Assembly (NCBI GenBank): GCA_965220425.1
Contig: OZ244830.1
Location: 2,488,468-2,552,467, forward strand
DNA length: 64,000 bases
From: Candidatus Azophilus sp.
Lineage (GTDB): Bacteria; Pseudomonadota; Gammaproteobacteria; Pseudomonadales; Azotimanducaceae
Reading direction: 5' to 3'
The notes beneath the pieces were generated by a model, which saw only the letters and a list, made by a program, of their open reading frames with translations, did not search any database and was not told the DNA's origin. The translations under genes and the position numbers were made by a program. Within the stretch, counting starts at the first letter, position 1. Each line of letters starts with the position of its first letter. Positions 53,858 to 63,191 of the stretch are shown in pieces.

Positions 53858-54676
53858 ATGGCCCTGGTTTACGCGGGAATCTGCAGCCACGCACCGGGAA
53901 TAACCGGCCGCGCCGAGCGGGCCGATGCGGCCCTGCGCGACCCCTTCTACGAGCACTTTCGCCGCATGGGAGACGAGATCCGGGCGGAGCGCCCGGATGC
54001 CCTGATCGTGGTGGCTGCGGAGCATTTCGCCAATTTCTTCATGGACAACATGCCGGCCTACTGCATGGGCATGGCCGAATACTACGAAGGGCCGATCGAG
54101 GACCCCGACTGGCTCGGTATCGAGCCGCGGCGGGTACCCGGCGATGCGGCGCTCTCGCGGCGCCTCATCGAGCGCATGATGGAGCGCATCGACCTTGCCT
54201 ATGCCCAGGAATGGAAGTTCGACCACGGCATCATGGTTCCACTGCACTTCCTGACGCCGGCTTTTGACGTCCCGGTGATTCCGGCCAACATCAATTGCCA
54301 GGGGCCGCCCTTGACGCCGCCGGCCCGGGCTTATGAGTTCGGCCGCGCCTTGCGTGAGGCCTGCGACACCGTTGACGAGCGCATGGCCCTGGTCGGCACA
54401 GGGGGCCTATCCCACTGGCCGGCAACGCCGGATTCCGGAAAGATCAACGAAAGCTGGGATCGGGAGTTCCTGGACCGCTGGGTGGCCAACGACCGGGCGG
54501 CGCTGACCGGCTATACGGACGAAGCGACCTGGCGAGACGGGGGCCAGGGCGGATTCGAGATCCGCACATTCATCGCCGTGGCCGGCGCCGCGGAGGGATC
54601 GACCGGCGAAGTCCGCTACTACGCGCCCATTCCAATCTTTGCCGTGGGCTGCACGGTAGGCCGAATGCACATCTGA
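53858..54676 (+). CDS. LigB-type catalytic subunit of a class III extradiol ring-cleavage dioxygenase
   Basis: Motifs: GICSHAPG, IVVAAEHFANFF, FDHGIMVPLHFL, LSHWP. GGGAGG lies 8 nt upstream. Confidence 0.85.
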   Translation: MALVYAGICSHAPGITGRAERADAALRDPFYEHFRRMGDEIRAERPDALIVVAAEHFANFFMDNMPAYCMGMAEYYEGPIEDPDWLGIEPRRVPGDAALSRRLIERMMERIDLAYAQEWKFDHGIMVPLHFLTPAFDVPVIPANINCQGPPLTPPARAYEFGRALREACDTVDERMALVGTGGLSHWPATPDSGKINESWDREFLDRWVANDRAALTGYTDEATWRDGGQGGFEIRTFIAVAGAAEGSTGEVRYYAPIPIFAVGCTVGRMHI

Positions 54677-54706
54677 TCGGAACGGACAATCGTCGAGGCA
54701 GGTTCT

Positions 54707-55573
54707 TCAGGCGGCGGGAATCTCGTCCTCGACGCCGTTCTTCAGAAGGCCGATGCCCGGCACTTCCACCTCGACCACATCACCGGGCCGCAAGTACATC
54801 GGCGGATCGAATCGCGCGCCCGCGCCGGTGGGCGTGCCGGTTGAGATCAGGTCGCCCGGCTTGAGAGGCATGAACGCCGATAGATAGTTGATAAGCCGCT
54901 CGAACGGGAAATACAGGTTTTCGGTCGAATCGCTCTGCCGCACTTCACCGTTGACGCGGGTGGTGAGGTGCAGATCGTCGAGGCGGTCGAACTCGTCCGT
55001 GGAGACCAGCCAGGGGCCGACCGAACCGGATCGCTCGAAGTTCTTGCCCTGGGTCACGTTGAACCGCCCATGACGGACCCAGTCGCGCAGGGTGCCCTCG
55101 TTCATCAGGGTGAGCCCGGCGATGTGCGCCCGGGCCCGGGATTCGGGAATCCGGCGGCCTTCCCTGCCGATGACGAGAACGATCTCGCCCTCGTAGTCGA
55201 GTTGTTCGGATTCGGGCGGCCGGAGCAGAGGCTGCAGATGGCCGGTCAGCGATTCAGGGGTGCGCAGGAACACGCTTGGGTTCGCTGGCGCAGGCACGCC
55301 GTCCCGGTATTCCTCATTGCGGTCAGGGTAGTTGAGGCCGATGCAGACGATTTTGCCCGGTTCGGGGATCGGCGGCAGGAACCTTATCTCGGCGATGCCG
55401 CAATCCCCGGGCAGGGACGCGGCGATGTCGCCGGCGCGGTCGAGCGCGCCCGCGTCCAGAACGGCCCTGAGACTCGGGTATTCGGGTAGACGCCGGCTCA
55501 GGTTGACGATGCTCTCGCCCACGACCGCGCCGTACTGAACCTGGCCGTCGCACTCAAAGCTGAGGTACTTCAC
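54707..55573 (-). CDS. FAH family hydratase/decarboxylase (HpaG/HpcE-like)
   Basis: Motifs: IVCIGLNYPD, DYEGEIVLVIG, GDLISTGTPTGAG. The start is GTG 55573. Confidence 0.85.
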   Translation of the reverse strand: MKYLSFECDGQVQYGAVVGESIVNLSRRLPEYPSLRAVLDAGALDRAGDIAASLPGDCGIAEIRFLPPIPEPGKIVCIGLNYPDRNEEYRDGVPAPANPSVFLRTPESLTGHLQPLLRPPESEQLDYEGEIVLVIGREGRRIPESRARAHIAGLTLMNEGTLRDWVRHGRFNVTQGKNFERSGSVGPWLVSTDEFDRLDDLHLTTRVNGEVRQSDSTENLYFPFERLINYLSAFMPLKPGDLISTGTPTGAGARFDPPMYLRPGDVVEVEVPGIGLLKNGVEDEIPAA

Positions 55574-55634
55574 GCTGCGCTCCGCCGCCTGGTTTGAGGC
55601 TATACTTCCCGCTCGATTCCGACAGCGGCGCATC

Positions 55635-56078
55635 ATGCCTCATCTGATCGTCGAATACTCCTGCAATCTGGAGGAGCAGATGGACCTGGACGGGCTCATG
55701 ACGAAGCTGCGCGACCGGGCGGTGGCGAGCGGCGTGTTTCCGCTGGGCGGCATCCGGGTACGCGGGGAACGCCGGGACCGCTATCTCGTGGCCGATGGGG
55801 CGTCCGGTAACGGATTCGTCCATCTCACGGCGCGCATCGGACACGGGCGGAACGAAGCGACCCGGCGTGCGGCGGCGGAAGCCCTGTTCGAGGTGCTCTC
55901 AAGCCATATGCAATCGGTCTTCGACGAACGGGGCCTCGGCCTTTCCTTCGAGATGGTCGAAGTCGACCCGTTGACCAGTCTGAAAAAGAACAATCTGCAC
56001 GAACGGCTGCGCGGTGCGGGCGACGGTCCTGAAACGGACGGAAGCGTCTCCGCCACATCGCGCACGGTTGCCCGCTGA
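55635..56078 (+). CDS. hpaF: 5-carboxymethyl-2-hydroxymuconate isomerase
   Basis: The MPHLIVEYSCNLEE N-terminus (catalytic Pro1 of the CHMI tautomerase family), ...GFVHLTARIGHGR. Confidence 0.8.
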   Translation: MPHLIVEYSCNLEEQMDLDGLMTKLRDRAVASGVFPLGGIRVRGERRDRYLVADGASGNGFVHLTARIGHGRNEATRRAAAEALFEVLSSHMQSVFDERGLGLSFEMVEVDPLTSLKKNNLHERLRGAGDGPETDGSVSATSRTVAR

Positions 56079-56082
56079 GCAG

Positions 56083-56715
56083 ATGCGCTGGGGCGCTCTC
56101 CTGTTGATCGGCGTCCTGGCGGCGCCGTCTGCCGCGTTTGCGGCTGCTCCCGTCAATGCCTGGGAGTTGATCCATCCCAAGACATTCGATTGGCAACGGG
56201 AACTTGAGCGCAAGGCCATTGCGGGGGATCTGCTGAGACGCCTCAATCTTCTGGATGCCGTCGTACCCTCGCAGTCGCCGGAGCAGCAGGCCCTCGTTTT
56301 AGACGAAATGGCGGAGTTGGAACGCCTGGGCACCGAGGCGCCGCCGAGGCGCCGCAGCCGGTTGTACCTGTCGCGGGGCTACCAGCATTTCCGGCTGTTG
56401 AAGTTGATCGAGGAGACCAGGGCGAACCTGAATTGCATACTGGGCTCGGCGGATATCCGCGAAGAAATGCACTGCTGGAGCCTTGCCGCCCAGCATTTCG
56501 GCGACGAAACGAGGCTCGATCTGGCCTTGTCCATGTTGCGCAGCGCCCGGCTGATCCCGAAGGACGGGCAGATGCCCGTCACCGCTCAGGATCCGGAAGT
56601 GTGGTACGGGGAATACGGCCGTGGAATCCTGCAGTACATCCTCGTTCCTTACCTGGCCGATGCGGCGGCGGACAGTGCCGAAGGGACGTTGGATGCCGAA
56701 AAACAGCGACCGTAA
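56083..56715 (+). CDS. hypothetical secreted protein
   Basis: MRWGALLLIGVLAAPSAAFAAAP is a signal peptide. It shows a coding GC3 bias. I recognise no family. Confidence 0.55.
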   Translation: MRWGALLLIGVLAAPSAAFAAAPVNAWELIHPKTFDWQRELERKAIAGDLLRRLNLLDAVVPSQSPEQQALVLDEMAELERLGTEAPPRRRSRLYLSRGYQHFRLLKLIEETRANLNCILGSADIREEMHCWSLAAQHFGDETRLDLALSMLRSARLIPKDGQMPVTAQDPEVWYGEYGRGILQYILVPYLADAAADSAEGTLDAEKQRP

Positions 56716-56816
56716 AAAGTCGAACAGGGCCGGACGGATAGCCACGCATGACGCCGGCGCCGCAGCGATTCGTTGCCGGTGGCGAGGCGGTTGAAACCGG
56801 GCGAGTTCAGGTGTAA

Positions 56817-57365
56817 ATGCAGGTTATGAAATTGATCGCGCTCTGCATGTCGATGCTCGCCTCCTTTGCGGCCCTCGGGTCCGAGACGTTCCTGCTCAAC
56901 CGTTCGCCCGCACAGGACTGTTATATCGCGACCCGAAGCGGCGGCAACCCCAGCGCCGGCGATATCGAAGTCTGCACCACGGCCATCGAGCATCAGATGC
57001 TGATTGCCGCGGACCTCGCGGCAACCTACTCCAACCGGGGCATCCTCCATGCCCGCACGGCCAATTACGCGGCCGCGCTCAAAGACCACAACCGGGCGCA
57101 CAGCCTGGCGCCGGAACTGGCCAGCATTTACATCAATCGATCCAATACGCTGGTGGCGGTCAAGCGCTTCGAGGACGCTTTGCAGGACCTGGACAACGCC
57201 ATCGCCATCGCCGATGCGGTCTTGCCGGTGGCGCACTACAACCGGGCGTTGATGTTCAAAACGCTGGGCGACACCGAAGCCGCGCGGGCGGATGCCGAGC
57301 GGGCGGCCGAACTCGCCCCGGAATCGGACGCATATCGGCGTTTCATTGACGATCTCGCGCGTTGA
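56817..57365 (+). CDS. secreted TPR-repeat protein
   Basis: It has a signal peptide (MKLIALCMSMLASFAALGSE from ATG 56826 is also possible). It has three TPR-like units (YSNRGILHARTANYAAALKDHNRA..., YINRSNTLVAVKRFEDALQD..., HYNRALMFKTLGDTEAARAD...). Confidence 0.7.
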   Translation: MQVMKLIALCMSMLASFAALGSETFLLNRSPAQDCYIATRSGGNPSAGDIEVCTTAIEHQMLIAADLAATYSNRGILHARTANYAAALKDHNRAHSLAPELASIYINRSNTLVAVKRFEDALQDLDNAIAIADAVLPVAHYNRALMFKTLGDTEAARADAERAAELAPESDAYRRFIDDLAR

Positions 57366-58894
57366 GCGTGAGCGGTAACTTTTTCGAAGAGCTCGAGGCG
57401 GTATTCACCGCCGCCGCGGACAGGGAGTGCCTGCGCATACCCGGCCGCGAATCCTGGTCGTACGGGGATCTGCTGCGGGCGGCCGGGCGCATTGCGGGCG
57501 TGCTTGCCGAATGCGGAATCACCGCAGGGGAGAGAGTGCTCGCCCAGGTGGACAAGAGCCCGGAAGCACTGGCGCTGTACCTGGCGACGCTGAAGGTGGG
57601 CGGTATTCATGTTCCCCTGAACGCAGCGTATACGGGCGCGGAAGTGGACTACTTTCTGAACGACGCGGAACCGCTCCTGTTTGTCGGGCGGCCGGGTGAC
57701 CAGGACGTGCAACGGGTGGCGCACTCCGGCGGCAGGCTGAGTTCCATGCGGGTGCTGACGCTCGGGACGGACGGCGGCGGAACGCTGACCGGGGCAACGG
57801 ACGGCGCCGACCCGGTTGACCGGGTGATTTCCCGGCACGCCGGGGATACGGCGGCGCTTGTCTACACCTCCGGCACTACCGGGCGGGCCAAGGGAGCCAT
57901 GCTCACCCACGGCAACATCGCGTCCAACGCGCACGCGCTTCGAAACTGCTGGGGCTGGCAGGAGGATGACGTGCTGATGCACGCGCTGCCGCTGTTTCAT
58001 GTTCATGGGCTCTTCATTGCGCTGCATTGCGCCCTGCTCGGCGGGACGCCGACGATCTTTCTGCCACGCTTCGAGGCCGGGGAAGTCATCTCCCGCCTGC
58101 CGGACGCGACCGTGATGATGGGCGTGCCGACCTTCTATAGCCGGTTGCTGAATCACCCGGAATTCAGCGCGCGCCGCTGCATCGGCATCCGCTTGTTCGT
58201 TTCCGGCTCGGCGCCGCTCTCGGAGCAGACGTTTCATGCCTGGGAGGAGCGCACGGGTCACCGGATTCTGGAGCGCTACGGCATGTCCGAAACCATCGTC
58301 AATACATCGAATCCGCTGCATGGCGAGCGGGTAGCCGGAACCGTCGGTTTCGCGCTGCCGGGCATCGAGGTGCGGGTCGTGGACGAGACGGGCGCGGTGG
58401 CGCCAAGGGGCGAAGCAGGCATGATCGAAGTCCGCGGCGAAAACGTCTTCAGCGGCTATTGGCGGATGCCGGACAGGACCGCCGAAGAATTCCGGCCGGA
58501 CGGTTTTTTCGTCACCGGCGATCTCGGCACGATGGATGCGGAAGACCGGGTTTCCATTGTCGGACGTGGCAGGGATCTCATTATTTCGGCGGGTTACAAC
58601 GTCTATCCCAAGGAAGTGGAAACGGAAATCGATGCGCTGGACGAGGTGGTGGAGTCGGCGGTGGTCGGCGTGCCCCACCCGGACTTCGGCGAAGGGGTAG
58701 TCGCCGTTCTCGTGCCCGCCGGGGCGCCGGTCGAGGAGTATCTGTTGCGTACTGCGCTCGATGGCCGGCTCGCGCGTTTCAAGCACCCGAAAAAAGTCGT
58801 CAACGTCGATGAGCTGCCGCGCAACGCCCTGGGCAAGGTGCAGAAGAACCGGTTGCGGGAGGACTACGCGGAGCTTTTTTTCGCAGCCGGTTGA
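57362..58894 (+). CDS. AMP-dependent acyl-CoA synthetase (malonyl-CoA synthetase-like)
   Basis: The AMP-binding motif is LVYTSGTTGRAKGAMLTH. Also GYWRMPD, TGDLG, and GKVQKNRLRE near the C-terminus. The start is TTG 57362 or GTG 57368. Confidence 0.85.
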   Translation: MSVSGNFFEELEAVFTAAADRECLRIPGRESWSYGDLLRAAGRIAGVLAECGITAGERVLAQVDKSPEALALYLATLKVGGIHVPLNAAYTGAEVDYFLNDAEPLLFVGRPGDQDVQRVAHSGGRLSSMRVLTLGTDGGGTLTGATDGADPVDRVISRHAGDTAALVYTSGTTGRAKGAMLTHGNIASNAHALRNCWGWQEDDVLMHALPLFHVHGLFIALHCALLGGTPTIFLPRFEAGEVISRLPDATVMMGVPTFYSRLLNHPEFSARRCIGIRLFVSGSAPLSEQTFHAWEERTGHRILERYGMSETIVNTSNPLHGERVAGTVGFALPGIEVRVVDETGAVAPRGEAGMIEVRGENVFSGYWRMPDRTAEEFRPDGFFVTGDLGTMDAEDRVSIVGRGRDLIISAGYNVYPKEVETEIDALDEVVESAVVGVPHPDFGEGVVAVLVPAGAPVEEYLLRTALDGRLARFKHPKKVVNVDELPRNALGKVQKNRLREDYAELFFAAG

Positions 58895-58904
58895 AGCCGG
58901 CGTC

Positions 58905-59095
58905 CGCGGCCAACCCCACGGCCATGTCGCCGCCCTGCGCGCCTACAAGCGCCTTGCCACCGTCGAGCGCGCCTTTAAGGAGCTTGAAGACCGTCGATCT
59001 GAAGGTGCGGCCCATCTATCGCCATGCGGCCGGCACTCCGCGCACCGCGCCGGTCGCACCCAGACGAATGGGTGCGCACCGGCGAATGATGCGCG
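58905..59095 (+). pseudogene. short fragment of an IS4/IS1634-type DDE transposase (C-terminal catalytic-E region), frameshifted
   Basis: LRAYKRLATVERAFKELK then, in the +1 frame, TVDLKVRPIYRH. This is the Y..R...E..F..LK plus (L)RP(I/V)YH block conserved in these transposases. No other part of the gene is present. Confidence 0.5.
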
Positions 59096-59097
59096 GG

Positions 59098-59988
59098 TCA
59101 TGCGGGCGGAAGATGCTCCCTAAACCAGGCGATGGTTTCCCGCATCACCTCGCTGAAGGCGGGCTCCGCGTACACCTCGTAGTGCCCATAGCCTTTGAGC
59201 ACCACCAGCTTCTTCGGCTCGCCGGCCTTGTCGTACAGCGTCCGCGACTCTTCCGGCGGCACGAGCCGGTCGTCGTCGGTGGTAATGAACAACACCGGTC
59301 GCGGGGCGATCTTGTCGACCACCCATTCCGGATGAAAGCCCAGGGTCTCGTCGACATATTCGAGCGGAAGGGTGTTGAGCGCGGCAGGGATGTTGCGGCG
59401 CGCCGCCGCCGCGAGCGCGGCCGACTGGCGGTCCGGCAGCAGAATCTCGTTGCGATCGACGAGTTCCGACTCGCCGTCCGTCGCGCGCCTGATCCGATCC
59501 GCAGCGGAGCGTTCCAAGAGGTCGAACCACTCGTCGGGCCGGCGCACGCTGCGCATCCAGCGCTCTCCGTGGCCAATCCCCACCACGCTCACGATGCACT
59601 GCACCCGCCGATCCACCGCGCCGGTCCATACCACCGTCGCCCCGCCGTAGCTCGTGCCGTAGATGCCGAGCCGCCTTTCGTCCACTACCTCCTGCGCCCC
59701 GAGGCAGGTGAGGGCGGCCTGCACGTCCGCAACCCGGCTGTAGGGCGCAAGGCGGGTCCGCGGCCCTTCGCTCTCTCCCCAGCCCTTGTAGTCGAAGGCG
59801 AGGACCACGTAGCCGGCGTTGACGAGCACTCGTGCATTGTCGGGCAGGTAGAGGTCCTTGACCCCGGTGTAGCCGTGGCAGAGTACGATACCGGCCCGCC
59901 GCTCGCCCGGCCGGAGGCCGTCGGGTGTGTACAGATCGCCGACCAGCTTGTATCCCTCGGAATGGAAGGCGATGGGGCTCGCGGTCAT
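59098..59988 (-). CDS. alpha/beta hydrolase (esterase)
   Basis: Start ATG 59988 (MTASPIAFHSEG...). Motifs: IVLCHGYTG, the nucleophile elbow GTSYGG, and C-terminal GYGHYEVY. Confidence 0.85.
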   Translation of the reverse strand: MTASPIAFHSEGYKLVGDLYTPDGLRPGERRAGIVLCHGYTGVKDLYLPDNARVLVNAGYVVLAFDYKGWGESEGPRTRLAPYSRVADVQAALTCLGAQEVVDERRLGIYGTSYGGATVVWTGAVDRRVQCIVSVVGIGHGERWMRSVRRPDEWFDLLERSAADRIRRATDGESELVDRNEILLPDRQSAALAAAARRNIPAALNTLPLEYVDETLGFHPEWVVDKIAPRPVLFITTDDDRLVPPEESRTLYDKAGEPKKLVVLKGYGHYEVYAEPAFSEVMRETIAWFREHLPPA

Positions 59989-60260
59989 AGCGGTGCTCCT
60001 TGCGCGGTCCTGCGGGACCGCATGATACGCTGCCCAATAGACCGCCATAACTGCTGCCCCCCGGCAGTCCAGTCTGCGCGCAACTGGTGGCCCCATCTTC
60101 GCACGCACGAGGGTGAGTTGGCCATCCAAAGCCTCCGCGTCGTAAGGCCCGGCTTGCCGAATTGCGTTGATACGGACGACTTGCCGAGGGCCGCGCCCGC
60201 GGCTTGGGGATCATTGGCATCGGTACCAGTGGGGCCGGCGTCAAGTGCCAGCCTCGACAT

Positions 60261-62060
60261 TCACGCGTCGAATGCGAGCCCCTCGAATTCGCCGGATTCG
60301 CGCCATTTGGCAAGGAGCTTGAAGAAGCCGATCGAGCCGCCGCCATACGGCGCCGATTGCGCGGCCGTCGGGTTCACTTGTCCCTCGTTGTTGTAGTAGC
60401 CCGGCGTGCAGTCTGGCCCGCCCAGGCCGGCAAGGGGTCCATCCGTGAAGCCGAGGATCGTCCCGACCCAGGCGTCTTCCGCCTGTTTCGTGACCTCCAC
60501 CGTCTGGATGCCCTTGTTCAGCGCGTGCGCAACGATGTGCGCCTGGTGCACTGAGGCTTCGTCGAGGAGGTGCGGGAAGTTCGCGGTGAAGGCGCTCTGC
60601 GAGATTTGCGTGATGAAGAGATTGGGGAAGCCATGGCTGCTCATCCCGTGCAGCGTCCGCGTGCCTTCGCTCCAGTGCTCGGAGAGCTTCACGCCATTGC
60701 GGCCGACGACGTCGTAACCCGCACGGCGCGTGTAGGCCGTGCCGACCTCGAAGCCCGTGCTGTAGACGATGCAATCGACGTCGTACTCGACGCCGGCAAC
60801 GACGAGGCCTTGCGCCGTGATCCGCTCGACGCCCTTGCCATCGGTGTCCACCAGCGTCACGTTGGAGCGGTTGAAGGTCGGCAGGAAGTCGTCGTTGAAC
60901 GTCGGCCGCTTGCAGAACATCTTGTAGTACGGCTTCAGCTTCTCCGCGGTATCCGGGTCTTCGACGTACTCGTCGACGCGCGAGCGAATCTCCTCCATCT
61001 TTTCGAAATTGGCCATATCCATCATTTCGGGGATGCTGATGTTGTCCCCTTCCCTGGCCTTCCTGAACTGACTCATCATCTTGTCGACGAGGTCGGTCCA
61101 GCCGTCGCCGACGAGGTCTTCCTGTTGCGGAACCCCGGACAGGAGCGCGTTGAAGTTTTCCATCCGATGCTTCTGCCAACCCGCCTCGAGACCGGCCGCC
61201 CACTGCGGATCGGTTGGCTTGTTGCCGCGCACATCGACGGTTGACGGCGTGCGCTGGAACACGTACAGGTGCTTGGCGGTTGCGCCCAGGAACGGTACGC
61301 ACTGAATGGCGGTTGCCCCGGTCCCGATGATCGCGACACGCCTGTCACCCAACTTGTCGAGGCCGCCTTCCGGGCCACCGCCCGTGTAGTCGTAGTCCCA
61401 CCGGCTCGTGTGAAAGCTGTGGCCCCTGTAGGACTCGATGCCCGGGATACCCGGTAGCTTGGGCCGATGCAGCGGTCCGTTCGCCATCGAGATGAACCGA
61501 GCCCGAATCGCATCCCCCTGGTTCGTCTCGACGATCCACCGTTTCGCGTCAGCGCCCCATGTGACCGCCGTCACTTCGGTTTGAAAAAGCGTTCGCTCGT
61601 AAAGACCGAAGTACTCACCGATTCTCGCGCTGTGCTCCATGATCTCCTTCGCGTACGCGTATTTCTCCGGCGGGACGTAGTCGAGCTCTTCCAGCAGCGG
61701 CAGATAGCAGTACGACTCGACGTCGCATTGCGCACCCGGGTATCGGTTCCAGTACCAGGTTCCGCCGAAGTCGCCGCCTTTTTCGATCAGGCGGATGTCG
61801 TCGACGCCTGCCTGGCGCAGTCGCGCAGCCGCCTGCAAACCACCGAAACCGCCACCCACGATCACCACGTCCACCTCGTCGGTTAGCGGCTCGCGCTCGA
61901 TCTTCTCATCGATATAGGGGTCGTCCAGAAAGTGCGCGAACCGATCCTTGATCTCGATGTACTGATCGTTGCCGTCCGCGCGCAGACGCTTGTCGCGCTC
62001 GATTCGATAGCGCTCCAGTAGCGCTTCCGGATCAAAACCGAGTTCGCTCGTTTGGCTCAT
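60261..62060 (-). CDS. Baeyer-Villiger (type I flavin, NADPH-dependent) monooxygenase
   Basis: FAD motif: [11 protein letters not shown]...[19 protein letters not shown] fingerprint: [11 protein letters not shown]-like ([15 protein letters not shown]). Second Rossmann motif: [12 protein letters not shown]. Confidence 0.9.
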   Translation of the reverse strand: MSQTSELGFDPEALLERYRIERDKRLRADGNDQYIEIKDRFAHFLDDPYIDEKIEREPLTDEVDVVIVGGGFGGLQAAARLRQAGVDDIRLIEKGGDFGGTWYWNRYPGAQCDVESYCYLPLLEELDYVPPEKYAYAKEIMEHSARIGEYFGLYERTLFQTEVTAVTWGADAKRWIVETNQGDAIRARFISMANGPLHRPKLPGIPGIESYRGHSFHTSRWDYDYTGGGPEGGLDKLGDRRVAIIGTGATAIQCVPFLGATAKHLYVFQRTPSTVDVRGNKPTDPQWAAGLEAGWQKHRMENFNALLSGVPQQEDLVGDGWTDLVDKMMSQFRKAREGDNISIPEMMDMANFEKMEEIRSRVDEYVEDPDTAEKLKPYYKMFCKRPTFNDDFLPTFNRSNVTLVDTDGKGVERITAQGLVVAGVEYDVDCIVYSTGFEVGTAYTRRAGYDVVGRNGVKLSEHWSEGTRTLHGMSSHGFPNLFITQISQSAFTANFPHLLDEASVHQAHIVAHALNKGIQTVEVTKQAEDAWVGTILGFTDGPLAGLGGPDCTPGYYNNEGQVNPTAAQSAPYGGGSIGFFKLLAKWRESGEFEGLAFDA

Positions 62061-62115
62061 CGGCCTACCGCTTGCGAAGCGGGCAGAAAATGCGGTTGTG
62101 CGGCGACGGTGTCGT

Positions 62116-62343
62116 TCACGATCGTTCCAGCAAATGGGGCAAATCAGCCCAACCGGCCTCGTGCGTAGTGTAGCAACGGCTCTTCAGGTTTACGCGGCGA
62201 AACACCCACTTGCCGTGGGTGCACACGAGTTGATCGTCGTACTGCGCGGCGAGCCAAACCGCCTGATTTGTTGCTTTCAATGTGGCGGTTTGCAGAAGAT
62301 ACCAGCGCCCCCGGGCGCTTGTTGCGTCTTCATCCACCTCCAC
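62116..62343 (-). pseudogene. NTF2/SnoaL-like protein, probably N-terminally truncated or frameshifted
   Basis: (IRNHVTNSA)VEVDEDATSARGRWYLLQ...[14 protein letters not shown] matches the C-terminal half of SnoaL_4-type proteins. The frame stays open upstream to about 62520, but with no ATG, GTG or TTG and non-protein-like sequence. Confidence 0.5.
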
Positions 62344-62531
62344 GGCGGAGTTGGTGACGTGATTGCGAATCGGACTTTGCCTTAGTATTGACCGCAGGGC
62401 GGTGCACGGATGTAGTCTTGCGGGATCATGCGTCCTGCTCGACGCGCGCGTCGATGACGCGAAGACCGCTTTCGCGCCCCGCGTCGTCGCGTTCTTACAG
62501 CGCCTCGCGAATGGAAGGAGACAGGCTGCCG

Positions 62532-63146
62532 ATGAAGACTGAAATCGACGGACGGGGCGAAACCGGCGCCGGAAGCCCGGGCCGCCCGTGTGCGGCGGAA
62601 ACCGTTGCCGGTGCGACCGTTCCGGTGACGGTCACCTACCTGGAAATGACGTCGGCGGACCAGCGCTCGCCCGCACGGGGGGTGATGGAACGGACTGCGA
62701 TTCTCCGCGCCGAGCGTCCCACCGTCTCGTTCTACCGCTACCTCTACGATACCGTCGGCGGCGACTGGAACTGGTTCATGCGCCGCCGCCTCTCCGATGA
62801 GGAACTGGCCGCGATCATCCACGACCGCCGCGTGGAGGTCTTCGTCTTCTACGTGCGCGGGGTGCCCGCCGGCTATGTCGAGCTCGACCGCCGCGTCGAG
62901 GGCGAGGTTGAGATCGCCTATCTCGGCCTCATTCCGGAGTTTATCGGGCGGGGCTTTGGCGCATTCCTGCTCGATTGGGGGCTCGGCCGGGCGTGGGGCT
63001 ACGGCCCGCGCAGGGTGTGGCTGCATACCTGCACCCTCGATCATCCGCGGGCACTCGGTGTGTACCAGCGCGCGGGGCTCGTGGTGTACCGCCGTGAAGT
63101 CGTGCATGAACCGGTGGAACACCTGCTCTTCGTCACGTCGCGCTAA
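62532..63146 (+). CDS. GNAT family N-acetyltransferase
   Basis: ATG 62532 follows GGAGACAGG. Motifs: VTVTYLEMTS N-terminal block, and IAYLGLIPEFIGRGFGAFLL (acetyl-CoA binding R/Q-x-x-G-x-G/A). Confidence 0.8.
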   Translation: MKTEIDGRGETGAGSPGRPCAAETVAGATVPVTVTYLEMTSADQRSPARGVMERTAILRAERPTVSFYRYLYDTVGGDWNWFMRRRLSDEELAAIIHDRRVEVFVFYVRGVPAGYVELDRRVEGEVEIAYLGLIPEFIGRGFGAFLLDWGLGRAWGYGPRRVWLHTCTLDHPRALGVYQRAGLVVYRREVVHEPVEHLLFVTSR

Positions 63147-63191
63147 ACTGCGTTCGCACCCGTTGGAACCCTACGCATCCGATCCGAACTT

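Noticed and set aside
57236-58786. 516-aa minus-strand ORF.
   Set aside because: It is antisense to the AMP-dependent synthetase, which has canonical motifs.
60140-60170. Sequence GGCTTGCCGAATTGC resembling the inverted-repeat arms at 28128/28293.
   Set aside because: The similarity is short and interrupted, with no matching partner arm nearby. It is probably coincidental.
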